64,000 bases of DNA from Euprymna scolopes (lineage: Eukaryota). Each line of letters opens with the position of its first letter. Positions within the stretch are counted from its first letter, which is position 1. The stretch is from assembly GCA_053919585.1 (NCBI GenBank), contig CM132803.1, one strand, 5' to 3'. The notes beneath the pieces are model-generated. The model was not told the origin of the DNA and did not search any database. It saw nothing but the letters and a program-made list of their open reading frames with translations. Below, in pieces: positions 37,690-50,289 of the stretch. The position numbers and the translations under genes were made by a program.

Positions 37690-38760
37690 TATTTCATTCT
37701 TGGTTTGGGACGGTTCGTTTTTTGGGCAGTTACAGTGTTTTTGTAGGAGGCAAAATCCAATTCCAGATTTTGGCCAATCAGTTTCCAAGCATGTGGCTTT
37801 AACCAGATCAAAGATGCGGATACCATGTTCAATTTCAGTAACAATCGATGACTTGGAGTCCTCATTCCACTTGAATTGGGTGGTCGGTTCAAGAAGCTCC
37901 CTGAATGGTAACATGCTATCTGTCATGTTGAAGGCATAAGACACTTGGTTCGTGAGACTGAACCATGAACAAACATTGGTGATGTTTTTCGGCATCGGGA
38001 AATCCTGTAAATACTTCCTACATGGGCAGACACTGTTTTTGATGTTGAATCCAGCAAATCCAACGATGTCTGCTCCAAGAATAAATTTATCTGAGTTAAG
38101 TGTGATGCCGTTTCTTCCACAGATGTCAAGCCAGTTTATTGTCTGAAAAAAGCTTTCTACCAAATTTTCGGCCCATAACAAAGCATCATCAATGCACTTT
38201 GTCTTCCATGGTATGTCCACGACAATCTCATCATAGCGTCGTGTGTATCCATCGCTGGAGGCAATGTAGCCCTGTGGTGCAATAGCGACCTCAAGGGGTG
38301 ATAAATGTGGTAAAATGGCGATCTTCCTTACAGAGGGGTACACTGTGGTAACCATATCACGCATCAAAGACAGTCTTCTTTTTACCTGACTGAATGTGCA
38401 GGAATGACGATGGTATGTGATTGGTTTCATGAATTGCAAAAGCATTTAGGGCTTAAAGATTGACTGTGTGTCTTGGTTGGCCATTTTTCTTTGTACAGGT
38501 CATCATTTTATGACACTTGGTGACAGGTTCGCCAATTGGTGACAGGTTCAGTGACTTCCAAATTGCACATCTCCAGCAACTCCTTTTTTGACTTCCTCCC
38601 GCCAATGTATGAGAATCGATAAAGGCATATGATGAGCTAGAGGCTCAGCATCGGGGTCCACCACGCAACTCAGCTTTAGCAATGGGGAGTCCATCATAGG
38701 TAATATTTGATGTTCAGATGTGTTAAATGTGCACCATATAGATGAAGAAGAAACTACTGA
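37690..38760 (-). mobile_element. Gypsy RT/RNase H fragment
   Basis: APQGYIASSDGYTRRYDEI..KCIDDALLW; CGRNGITLNSDKF; LETDWPKSGIGFCLLQKHC. Confidence 0.85.
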
Positions 38761-38985
38761 AGCTTCACACAGTTTTACTCTGTTCCTCTGTATGGAAGGA
38801 GGCACTGTATACTAGGCATTGTAGCTCAATTGGAATTTAGTTGTCTTGTTTATAGATAAGAGTGTACTGTATTTGTCCAGCAGTTGTTATTGTCTACTGA
38901 CAATGAACAAGACCTGAAAGCGGTAAAGACAAAACAGTTAGAATTACTAATAATAATCCTCTATTTTTATTTTTAATCCCATGCT

Positions 38986-39230
38986 TGTTATGGGGTTAAA
39001 TGGTAATAAGACGCAAGGAACACAGGACTTTTAGGAACAAATATGTATTCACATATATTACAGGCAAAGTGGGTTGAGCAACCATTCCTCTCTCTTGCAT
39101 AGAACCTCCTTGGCCGCTTGCCAATTTCTGACTCCGGGCACCGGTACTTGTTACCGGAAGTGACGTCATGAGATGGTCCATTAATCCTATGGAGGGGTGT
39201 CTCCAACAACTCTTGACACCTTGCATAATT
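38986..39230. promoter_or_regulatory. LTR-like segment containing an overlapping ETS-CRE motif
   Basis: Starts TGTTA; CCGGAAGTGACGTCA at 39154-39168; LTR boundaries not established. Confidence 0.35.
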
Positions 39231-39299
39231 TTAATAGAACATTATACATTCAGGAATAACAACAGGACATGGACATTTGATGTCAACTTATGATGCACG

Positions 39300-39900
39300 T
39301 GTGTGCCTTTATTTATGTCTCTGCCATAACAGTTGCTACCTATACCTAGAAGAGTTGCTCCATGTAAAGATTAAGCATACTAGCAAGGGCACATAACTTG
39401 GGTATTATGTTAACGTCTGCTGCCACGTCCAAGCTTGATTGTTGCCTTGCATTGTGGCATCAAGCTCTGCAACATTGATGCGGACACTATCATTTTTTTT
39501 TCATAAGCAAGCAGCATCTTCAGCAATTATTTCTATTTCTCACAAAGCCCCTAATGTCAGGCTCCTTGTGTCACTCCGTATTACCCCTTCTTGGTGTTAT
39601 TATATGCCATTCTTCCTTTTACAGTTTCTACCTATTTAACTTCCGCAATAATTTCTTGTATCCATCGCAGTACCTCTTAGCTAATTGCACCCTCCCTTAT
39701 TCCTCTGTAACTTTAATCGCAGACCCATTCCATTTTCCAACAACTGATAGTTAAGCCATCAGTTAATATGTTGACATGTTCTCTCACCTTTTCCACAGTC
39801 ACTTTCTTGTCCACTTGTACATCATTGATATAAGGGCAGGTGGCTCTTATCAACACAGCATATTTGGGCAACACAGTCCTAAGTACTGCCATCATCATTT
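39300..39900 (-). mobile_element. Degraded Gypsy RT/RNase H remnant
   Basis: ATCPYINDVQVD..VTVEKVREH (YIDD-like) and RINVAELDATMQGNNQAW (RNase H-like). Confidence 0.55.
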
Positions 39901-40367
39901 TTGTGTAGAATTCAGTCTAAATCTGACTTTTATATTTGACAAATTGATATTGCCACAGCTTCTTATCCACATGAATTTGAAAGCCGATTTTTATTGCTCA
40001 TTCTATTTTCTTTCACTATCTTATGAATTCTTCACATGTGTAGAATAGTTATGCATTTTTGTAAGCCATTTTTTCTGTTTGCATCCTGATTTTGCTCTTT
40101 TATTTGGATTCTTTTGGCAAGTGCTTCACTTCAAGTTCCTTTACTATGCTTTAAAGCCCCTTTTTACGCCATTTTAAAATCAGCCTGCAAATGATGTCCT
40201 TCAGCCACCCATGCACTGTAAGGATGATAAGAAATTGTTTGATCTGAGACAATTTGTTTCTACCAAGGTTCAGTTTATTTCAAAGCTTTCATGTCCAATG
40301 TCTTGTTTTGCGCACTGGAATCCCATTGCTTTTAGAATTAAGAAACTGATTTTTCTGAGGATGTAGA

Positions 40368-43300
40368 TATAATGTCGGGGGTTCCCATCTCGCGGGTATC
40401 AAACAATACGAAAGAATAACAACGCAGGCATTAACATGTTAACAACAGCTCGGTCGCAGTCAGACTGACGGCCAAAACATAATTTATTGAAGAGCGCACA
40501 TAACTAAGGGTAGATAACTCCTAGAGTTATGTCCCTTGATTGGGGACATCACATCCCTCCCCATCTTGGTGGGACAACTTGTCTTATTTTAATTTTTTTT
40601 TTTTTTATTACTAATTTTTTTATTTTTATTATTTCTTTTTATTTATTTATTTATCTTACATTATGAAGTCTTTGAATCTTGCGGGGGGCAGTCTTTTCCT
40701 AGATGGATTTCGTCTCGGTAACTGATCAGCTATTTGTGTTTCGAGTATTTCCTGGTCTTCTGAGGTGTGTGGATTGTACTCACTTTCCCAGTCGGAATCA
40801 GAGTCAGGGTTTTCATTCCTAGGTGTTATGCGTTTTAGCAAAGAAGAGTTTCTAGTCATTTTGTGATTTCCTCTCTGCACCGTTATCATACTTCCCTTCA
40901 TTTTTGTAATGGTATATGGTTTAGGATTGTATGGTGTTGACAGTTTGTTTTGTCTCTTCTGTCTGATCAAAACCATATCACCCAGGCTGAGATTTGTTGT
41001 TTTTGCCTTTCTATCAGCGTACCCCTTCATCTTGTCTTTTCCTTTGGAGTCATTTTCTTTTATTCTTTTATGTATCGGCCCTGTTACTGGGCTTTCGATA
41101 CCATTTGGTATGCCGATGTTCAGTTTTCGGCCCGTACAAGCTTCAAATGGTGATATTTAGTGGTGGTATGGGGGGTGGCTCTATATTGCCTTAGGAAATG
41201 TGGTAACTGGGTCTTCCAGTTGTGGCCTTCCACCGTGGCTGCAAGAATGTATTTTTTTAAGGTGCGCATAAAATGCTCTACTTCACCATTTGCCTCCGGC
41301 CATAGAAGTGTAATGCGTCTATGTTTGAAACCTGCTTGTGCCGCTAAGTCTTTAAAGTCTTGTCCTTGAAATGGTGGACCGTTATCAGATTTTAGAATGG
41401 TTGGATATCCTTGTCTAGCAAAGATCATGTTTAAACGGGGAATAACTGTACATGCAGCTATTGAGGGTATTACCTCCACCTCAGGGAATCGGCTGTAATC
41501 GTCGATTATGACTAACACATAGTCACCTGATGGGAACGGCCCTGCAAAATCGACTGAGATTTCAGTCCATGGTGCAACTGGTAGTGGTGAGGAGTGTATG
41601 GGTTCACGGCTCATGTGCCTTGGGTCTGAGGCTTGGCAGGGAATGCATCCGTATATTGTTTCCTCCACCAGTCTATCGATTCCTGGGAACCATACTTTTT
41701 CCCTTATCAGTTGTTTGGTTTTGACCATGCCCTGGTGAGATTGATGAGCTAAATCGACGGATCTCTTCCTCAATTTTGAGGGAATTACAAGCCGGTGTCC
41801 TTGAAGGACGAGACCATTGTGTGTTGAAATTTCATCCTTGAATAGGGAAAAACTTGACAGCTGGGGGTCATTCCATCGTCCATCTTTAACAGCACCCTTG
41901 ACCTTTTGTAACTGGGGGTTCTGTTCTGTGGCTTGTTTGACTTCTTCAAGAGTTAAAGATTTTGGTATTGTATTCTTAGCTATATACCTTATGTAGGCTT
42001 CTGCTACATTGTCTTTAGATGTTGTGTTGTGAGTGACGACTCAGATAGTCCGCAGGGTTTTGGTCATCTTTCCCGGGACGTTATACCAGGTTGTACTGGT
42101 AGGGCATGAGACGAAGATGCCAGCGTTCAATTCTTGTTGTTGTCGGTTTGAGACTTTTCACAATCCCAAGAAGAGGTCGATGGTCGGTGGTGATTTTGAA
42201 TCTCGCCCCATATAAGTAGAGATGAAAATGTTCAGCTGCATATACCACGGCTAACATCTCTCTCTCAGTTTGAGAGTATCGTTTTTCTACATCTGTGAGG
42301 GCACGACTGGCATAACATAGCACCCTCCCATCTTGTGTCAGAACTGTACCTAACCCAACTGGGCTTGCATCTACCAGGATGTCGGTGTCTTTCTTCGGGT
42401 CGAAATACGCCATCACCTCAGCTCCAGTCAAAGCTTCCTTTAACTTGTCTGCAGGTGCTTCTTCTTCCTCTGTCCATCTCCAATTAGCATCTTTTTTGTG
42501 AGCCGTCTCAGTGGTTCCTAATAGTGGCATAATGTGGAATAAATCGAGCCACATACTGTGTCATGCCCAAGAATGATCTGACTTCACTGATGTTCCTTGG
42601 AGATTTGCATTTTGTAATAGCAGAGATTTTCTCTGGGTCAGGGGACACTCCATTCTCACTGAAAATGTGTCCGAAGAAAGTCAGTTTCCGTACAGAAAAA
42701 AGGCATTTTTCTTTGTTCAGCTTGGCTCCTACTTCTTGTAGACGTTTCAGGGTGTTCCTCAAGCTGATGTCATGAGATGACTGGTCACGTGCATATATTA
42801 TTATGTCGTCTGATAAGTTTTTCACTCCAGGGATGTCTCCGAGGAGGTCTGATATAGCTTTTTGAAATAGTTCAGAGGCTGCATTCACACCAAAACTTAG
42901 TCGCTTGTAACGAAATAAACCTGTATGCGTGGCAAATGTCGTTATATATCTGCTGGGCTCTTCCAGTTCTAGTTGATGATACGCATTGGAAAGGTCTAGT
43001 TTGCTGAAAACTGTACACCCATTTAAGTCTGCTATTAAGTCGTCTACGGTTGGCATTGGATGTTTAATCTGTTGAATGGCTTCATTTGCCTTTCTCATGT
43101 CGACGCAAATTTGTACGCTACCATTTTTCTTGGGAACTACGACAATCGGTATAACCCATGGGGTAGGTCCCGTGACTTCCTCAATCACATCCATTTCTGT
43201 GAGACGTTTGAGTTCTGTCTTCACATCTTTTCTCACATGGAAAGGTATCCTGCGGTGTCGCTGAGTTACGGGGAAAACCGATGAGTCAATGTGGAGCTTA

Positions 43301-45142
43301 ATGGTAACTCCAGAAATTTTTCCCATCTTTCCATCAAACAGTGCATGGAACTCGTCTTGAATTGGGACCGTCACATGGAACGTGAAGTTAAACGTTATCA
43401 TTCCCAATGCTTCAGCAGAATTACCGCTCAAGAGGTTCTGCAGTCCAACTAAAGGATTTTCGCTGTCGACCACAAATATTTTAGCCTTACAGGATTTATC
43501 ACGAAATTTTATGCTCGCATTGATAAATCCTCGGATGGGTATGGCATGTTTCGACCTGTACGCAAATATCCGGGTCGTTGTTTTGTTTATACATGGTTTG
43601 TGTTTTAAACCATCATATATGTGTCCAGCAATTATGTTTACGCTAGCACCCGTGTCTACCACAAACATTACAGGGGAATTATTTACAAGGGCGGTAACTT
43701 TTGGTGTCTTATTTGACGGTGTTAATTTCATCGAGTATACAGACTTGTCACTGGACGTAGAGGGAGATATTGGATTATTGACAAGGGTGGTAGCTCTTGG
43801 TGTCTTAATTGACGGTGTAAATTTTACCGAGTAAATAGATTCGTCACTGGACGTAGAGGGAGATATCGGAGGAGGATTGGTGAAATGAATTACTCTTACC
43901 GGCTTTGCTTTGCATGCTCTTGCAAAGTGGTTTTTCTTGTGGCAATTCATGCATTCTTTTCCTCGGGCTGGACAAGTCAAGTGTGTAGCAGAATATCCAC
44001 AATAGTGACATGTTTGCTGTCCGCCATCTTTTTTTTTGTCCACCTCGTGGTCTGTTCTTCGAGGTGTCATGGCGACTATTTTGCCGCGCTGTCCGCCATC
44101 TTTTTTTTGTCCACCTCGTGGTGTGTTCTTCGAGGTGTCATGGCGACTATTTTGCCATGAGTGTCCACAACAACTGTCTTTACTGTCGTTGACGTTGAAA
44201 TTTTCATTATTTCTACGTGTGAGATGCGTGCGGTTCTCGTTGCTGTAAAGAGCATGTAATTCATTTCGTTCCATGTCTGCAGCACGCGTATCAGCCAGCA
44301 CTATTGCCCTAGCTTCGTCCAGGACTTGTTTCAGCGTAGAGTTGTCTCTTAGCGCCTTCCTTCTGACTATAGAGGATGTGAACCCCTGCAAAATTTGGGC
44401 TAGGATCTCTCTGTCTTTATCTTCAAACTCGCACGTGGTAGCTAGAGTCCGTAATCGTGCATGGTACTGGTCTAAACTTTCGTCCATGTTTTGCATAGCC
44501 CGTCGAAATTTGAAAAGTTCATATGACGTGTTTTTCTGTGGCGTGAAATGATCCGTGATTTCTTCATCGTTTCATACTCGCCCGAAACTATATTTGCCGT
44601 CGTCCAAAATGTTTGTTGCGCCTATGCCCTTTTGCTGGTCCGTGAATAAAATGGAAAATATCAAACACTTCGTCTCCTGCATAGTGAAGAAGTGTTGCTT
44701 TCTTCTTTTTGTCGTCGCAAATGTCCATAGCAACAAATTTTCTAACCTGTCTATCCATTTTTTCCAGCGAACGGTAGTCGTGTTTTGGTCCGCATGTACG
44801 CTGAAACTTGGAAAAACTGGTAATCCACCGCTGGCCATTTTTTTTTTTTTTTTTTTTTTTTGTATTAATTCCGGAAAAAAAAAAAAATAAAGATTTTTTT
44901 TATATTAAATTCCGAAATGTAGCGTGAGCTCGTCACAAAAAATTCTCGTCGCCAGATATAATGTTGGGGGCTCCCGTCCCACGGGTATCAAACAATACGA
45001 AAGAATAACAACGCAGATATTAACATGTTAACAACAGCTCGGTCGTAGTCAGACTGACGGCCAAAACATAATTTATTGAAAAGCGCACATAACTAAGGGT
45101 AGATAACTCCTAGAGTTGTGTCCCTTGATTGGGGACATCACA
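40368..45142 (-). mobile_element. Full-length Mag-like Gypsy LTR retrotransposon
   Basis: 186-bp LTRs 40368-40553 and 44957-45142 (~10 differences); 5-bp TSD GTAGA; PBS TGGCGACGAG (tRNA-Ser GCT type); PPT 40554-40565; gag-PR-RT, RH (42081-42554), IN (41120-41773, 40656-41030). Confidence 0.95.
42508..44496 (-). CDS. Gag-PR-RT open frame (662 aa) of the 40368-45142 element
   Basis: CHYCG...CMNCHKKNHFARAC; FVVDTGASVN; ICVDMRKAN, KLDLSNAYHQL, LSDDIII. Confidence 0.85.
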   Translation of the reverse strand: MQNMDESLDQYHARLRTLATTCEFEDKDREILAQILQGFTSSIVRRKALRDNSTLKQVLDEARAIVLADTRAADMERNELHALYSNENRTHLTRRNNENFNVNDSKDSCCGHSWQNSRHDTSKNTPRGGQKKDGGQRGKIVAMTPRRTDHEVDKKKDGGQQTCHYCGYSATHLTCPARGKECMNCHKKNHFARACKAKPVRVIHFTNPPPISPSTSSDESIYSVKFTPSIKTPRATTLVNNPISPSTSSDKSVYSMKLTPSNKTPKVTALVNNSPVMFVVDTGASVNIIAGHIYDGLKHKPCINKTTTRIFAYRSKHAIPIRGFINASIKFRDKSCKAKIFVVDSENPLVGLQNLLSGNSAEALGMITFNFTFHVTVPIQDEFHALFDGKMGKISGVTIKLHIDSSVFPVTQRHRRIPFHVRKDVKTELKRLTEMDVIEEVTGPTPWVIPIVVVPKKNGSVQICVDMRKANEAIQQIKHPMPTVDDLIADLNGCTVFSKLDLSNAYHQLELEEPSRYITTFATHTGLFRYKRLSFGVNAASELFQKAISDLLGDIPGVKNLSDDIIIYARDQSSHDISLRNTLKRLQEVGAKLNKEKCLFSVRKLTFFGHIFSENGVSPDPEKISAITKCKSPRNISEVRSFLGMTQYVARFIPHYATIRNH

Positions 45143-48100
45143 GTAGAGTCCTGCAGCATATGTAATTTAATTCATCTCCATGAGGGATGTATTGGATATG
45201 ATGAGTGTTTGAATAGTAATGTTAACTTTTTATTACTGCCTTCGTAGCTCTTGTAACTTGGGCTTTCCTCCAGCCTCATTTTCTAAACCTGCTCAATGAT
45301 GTTATTAAATTCTTTCTTCAAGGCCAGCTGTTCATAATTTGGCTCTGGGAATTCTTCAGCTAATGGTTGTGGTGCTGATAGTAGTCTCCTTGCTGATAGT
45401 GATGAGGAAGAACTTTGGTTCAGTGGGGAGGTGTATGTCTTTAGTTTGTACATAGCTGATGGTGATGGAGATCCTGGTGGTGAAGTGGATCTATAGTGAG
45501 GTGTCTTTGGCATAGGCAGTTCGGATGGATCCACAGCTGAATTGTGGTCTGGGTCTTACTGTATGTAGGGTGTGTTGATCAGTGATGGCAATTGGGGAAA
45601 TTGTGATAGGGCTTTGTAGTGGATTTTCTTGTTCTCTTGGAGGATTCTGTTTTTCTCCAGAGTGCATGTGCCTTGCCAATTGTTAGGAACGGGCAATTTA
45701 ATGGCTACCTCCATAGGGGGGGGGGGTTAACGCCGGTTAATCATAATAACTTTTAAAATTTTCGAGTACTTTTTTATTGTATTTGAAAGATTATAGTTTA
45801 AAGTTAATTTCTCAAAGAAAAAAAGTGTGTGAAATAAAAAATACATGGAATAATTTTATCTCAAATCTGAAAAACCCTACATTTCATGTAAAAATTCATT
45901 ATGACAAAAATAACGTTTACATTTTCTGTCAAGGAAAATATAAGTTTTCTGGAATTATTTCCAAGTTAAGTATTAAGTTAAAGTCTTAAAATAATGAATT
46001 AATACAATAAATGTACTTAACTTTTGCTAAAAAAATAATAATTATCCAAAAATGTATCACTGGTAGAAACGAGACTTGTGTATCGTATCCAAAAAAACTC
46101 TGGCGGCAATATTCAAATATGTATGGAAGGACAAATTAGACATAATTTATGTCTTTATTTAACATTCTTCTGGCATACCGAGCGACATTTTTTGGAGCTG
46201 CAGACTCTCCTTCCTTCATTTAAAAATGCAGAAAAGTTAATTAAATTAATTAATTATACTACTGACAATTCTTTGAAAAAGAAAAGATAGAACCATTATT
46301 TATTAATATTAATACAGAATTACAATGGTTAAGAAAACAATTTATAATCATTGAAAAAATTATACACTAACAAAATACAGACTTACGCTAAAATTTATCA
46401 TAATGTTTACGTGAAATTTAAAGTTGATGAACACAAACAGGCGGGTAGTTGAAAAGAGGAGGAGGAGGAGGGTGGGCAAAACAGATTGGTTTTCTTTTCA
46501 ACTTTGCGCATCCATACTTACCGACATGGAACGTTCGTATAATTTTTGCCATTTTTTAAGTAAATTATTTTTCTATGTTCCTGTTTTTTGATTTAATTTT
46601 TTTTTACTTTATTTTCCAAGATTATATGAACATTATTTTATGTTGATAATTATACGTCCTTGCGTGCAATGAACATATTAGAATCTTACATGTAAAGATT
46701 ACGTTAAAAATGTAAACATAAAAAAAAGTAGAAATAATTTTTGCAATTATAATTTTTTTGTGTGAAAATATTAAATAAACAATGCTTAATTCAATGATAA
46801 TATTGGTAGTTCAAGAAATTAATTTTTCTTTGAGTTATATCGATTTCATTAATACAGATTTCAGGGGGGGGGCGTAATGTTCCTGTAAAAATTATTTTAT
46901 TTTTATTTTATTGTTACAAATTACGATGCTTTATTTACATAAAAAAAGCAAAAATAAATTATTGCGTTTTTTATTTACTACTGAAAACCATAACTTTAGA
47001 AAAGGTATTTTTTGTTTAAACAAAATAATACATTTTCACTAAGATTCAAAAAAAAATAATTAGTTCATTATATTCCGCGATCATTATTTGATAAATACTG
47101 AAAATTTCATTAAAATTGGTTAATTTCCTGATTTTTTGGTGAATTTTTAAGTAAGGGGAGGGGGTCAAAATGTTTATACATTTTGAGCATCGGCATTCAT
47201 TTTGCCCGTACCTACCAATTGTGATTTTGTTGAAAAAAAAATGGAAAATGAACATACTTCACAAATATATGGATTCTTTCCATAACAAAATGGTTTTACA
47301 CGTGAAAAAAAAAAGACACAAGAATATGATTCTGTGAAGGTGTCCCATGATTTAATTTTGAACATTAGTCGGCTGGGCGATAACCTGTTAAACATGTAAA
47401 ACGTATGTGGCGGTCAGTAAAAGAAGAAAGGTCCAGACGCGGAGATAGATTATCAACGTCTTTATGAATTCTCGTTTTATTTACATTGGGTGAGAATTTT
47501 TATTTTTTAAAGGGAGGCAACTGCCACTGGTACAGAATATCTGCTAATATAATATAAGCACTCTAATATTATATATGTTTTTCTTATTTATTCAACATAA
47601 ATATTTTTTTTTAATTATAAAATGTTTGGGTCATTTTCTTTGCACTTAAACCTGACAAAATCTGAAGACGAATGGAAAGATATTTACTTACCTTTTTGAA
47701 AGAAATTAATTTGGTTTTATCGGTTCTTAATATGCTGAAATCCGAGAATTAGGAAGGAATAAAAGCACATTAAATTGAATTCTCTTTCATTGTATCAAAT
47801 TGAAACATTTGTGATGAAATATTTTTTTTAAATATGAACTTGAAATGAGTGCAATGCAAACAATTTCTGTACTAATTGGACTTTATGCATTTCTTTTGTA
47901 TTATTTGTTTTCTTTGCAAAAGTTAAATTGATTTAAAAAAAAAAAAAAAAACTCTTTCTCTCAAATAATGAAATTCTGTGACAACTGTGCAGGTGTATTT
48001 TTCACATATCCATAACTGGTAATTACCCATTGAGTTTTTTTTTAATTATTATTATTTTGTGAAATCAAATATGTAAATCTGTGAAATAAAATTGTAAGAA

Positions 48101-48375
48101 TTCCATTAAAAATGTTTTAATTCTGAAATTAAATCCATCCAATGAGTTATTTCATAATTTTTAATAAACAAAAAGCTAAATTTGTGACCTTTTGAAATCT
48201 GGAAGAAATTTTAAGGTCCTTTAACTTTCAAATAGAAAATCATTTATGATTTCTTGAATTTTTACAAACTCTTAATGAGTGAAAATTTTTGTCCAGTAAC
48301 ATCACAAAATAGTGTGGTTTAATTAACAATTGAATGACTAACCGAGACCACAATAATTAAATGTAACTGTTAAAA

Positions 48376-48414
<39 letters not shown>
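48376..48414. repeat. (TTA)n microsatellite
   Basis: Direct observation. Confidence 0.9.
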
Positions 48415-48415
<1 letters not shown>

Positions 48416-48429
48416 GGTGCTGTTGTTAT

Positions 48430-49280
48430 TGATGGTTGTGTTGATGATGCAACAATAAATTCATCCAAGCAAAGATTGGAAGAGATAATAGTCAACATAA
48501 AAAGAGAGAAGAAACTGTCAAATGATAGATTTCTTTATTCAAGTTGCTCACAATGTAAAGATCATAACGACAATTAAAGTGAAGAAAATACATGGATCTT
48601 ACCAGTCGAAAGGTTTATGAAACATTGAAGGCAGTCAATATAATTCTAGGAGCGCTAAGAATAGTTCTGAAAAACCAGGAAAAATGGCAAGGAAAAATTG
48701 GAATCAAAAGGAAGATTAAAACTATGCTGTGGACGACAAATTCCAAAATAGCTGAAATAGTAAAGGGACCTGAAGCTGCCATAAATCCCTTGAACTGATC
48801 ACCACCATCATATCCAAAAAATAAAACAAAAATGTTTGTTATTTATGTTGCTGTTAGAGATAGTGGTCATCCCAGCAAGGAAACTGGATGTCATAATAGT
48901 CAACATAAATGAAAAGAAACTGGCAAATCAATTTACAGGCTAAACATCAATGAAATAGAAAAAAAAAATCAAGCAAATACATGGAAAGTGACTTGGAAAT
49001 GTCATAAATCCCATAAACTGACCCTCCTCCTCCTCTAAAGAAATAAAATAGAAGGAAAACATATGTGGCGCCAACAGTCTTGTCTGGTACCACACAATCT
49101 GATTGTGAAGCTTCATAACGAATGAAAAGTACAGATGCTGTAATACTAGAGGCACTAGGAACAATACAAAATAAATTGCAAGAAATTAGGAGAAATTGGA
49201 ATCTAAAGGAACACACAGCAATTCTACACACATAACACACAGCAATTCTACAACAGTTGAAATATTAAGGAAAATCTATA
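48430..49280 (+). mobile_element. Two degraded 3' tails of R4/Dong-like (REL endonuclease) non-LTR elements
   Basis: VNIILGALRIVLKNQEKWQGKIGI and VILEALGTIQNKLQE resemble the IVIGALGT..K.L..L C-terminus of R4-clade ORFs. Confidence 0.45.
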
Positions 49281-50289
49281 GAAATTTTGTCTTGCATGGA
49301 TTGTAAGTGTAACAGAGCTACGGACGCGTATTTAGTAGCAGTCATATGACACATGCTAATGACCTTGTCGGTGCACGAGCTGACATCACAGCAGATGAAA
49401 AGAAGAAAAAGAAAAGCAGACAAAAAAAGGACGCATGAGCAGCAAGCAACAGAAAGGCATGTGTGTAGCGACAGCAAGGAAGCATTTGGCCGATCAGTCA
49501 GTGCAAGAGGAACTTTTAAAACTAGATGCAATCCAAAGTTGATTTATGAAGGCTTCAATGAAAAACTTGCTATGGTAACCAACAACCAATTAGAAGAAAC
49601 CGTCTTACGTTTTTTACTAATTTTGAGGACCTTTGAACACCAGTAATTGTTTTTTTTTTTTTTTTTATGAATGAAAATTAAAAAATTTTATTTCAGAATA
49701 TAGTTGAGAAGGTGACCTATGAACAGTAAAAATTGTTTGAAATTTGGTTTAAAGCAGTTCTAAATGAGTAAAACTAACACTTAACCATATATTCAAACAC
49801 TACCGTGTTTGAATGATATAAAACAAACCCCCATTACAAGCTGTCGTGTTTTAAAGAAAAAAGATTGTTTTGAATGCTTTTATTCTCTTTCAAAACAAAA
49901 ATGCGTTACATTCTTTTTGTTTTGTTTTGAAAAGTACTATACACTGAATTGGAGAATTAAGAGAAAAAAAATAGGTATCCAGAACACATAGTTCTTTAAA
50001 AAAAACAAAAAAAAAACAGGAATCTTTTCTTAAAAAAAAATAAATCTTATTCTTGTTTTCAAGATTAGAAAGAAATATATCTCATCTTAAAATTAAAAAA
50101 CAAAAACAAATGTAAACACATGGTCTATCTTTCACCACTTCAACAGAAACTATATTGAACCATGTTGGCATTTGAAATAGGGTTTTGTTTATCAAAAAAA
50201 AGATATACACATTTTTCTTAATGCAAAAATTGTATATAAAAAAGGGGGCAGATCTACAATCTCACCCTTCGTAATTATTGCAAAAACTA

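Larger units (their letters stand above)
39900..45700 (-). mobile_element. R4/Dong-like non-LTR retrotransposon N-terminal remnant, split by the 40368-45142 Gypsy
   Basis: Pieces 45148-45700 and 39900-40362 read ...SLMEMN*ITYAAG... and QAKRIQIKEQNQDANRKMAYKNA*LFY, resembling the pre-RT region of R4-clade elements. Confidence 0.4.
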
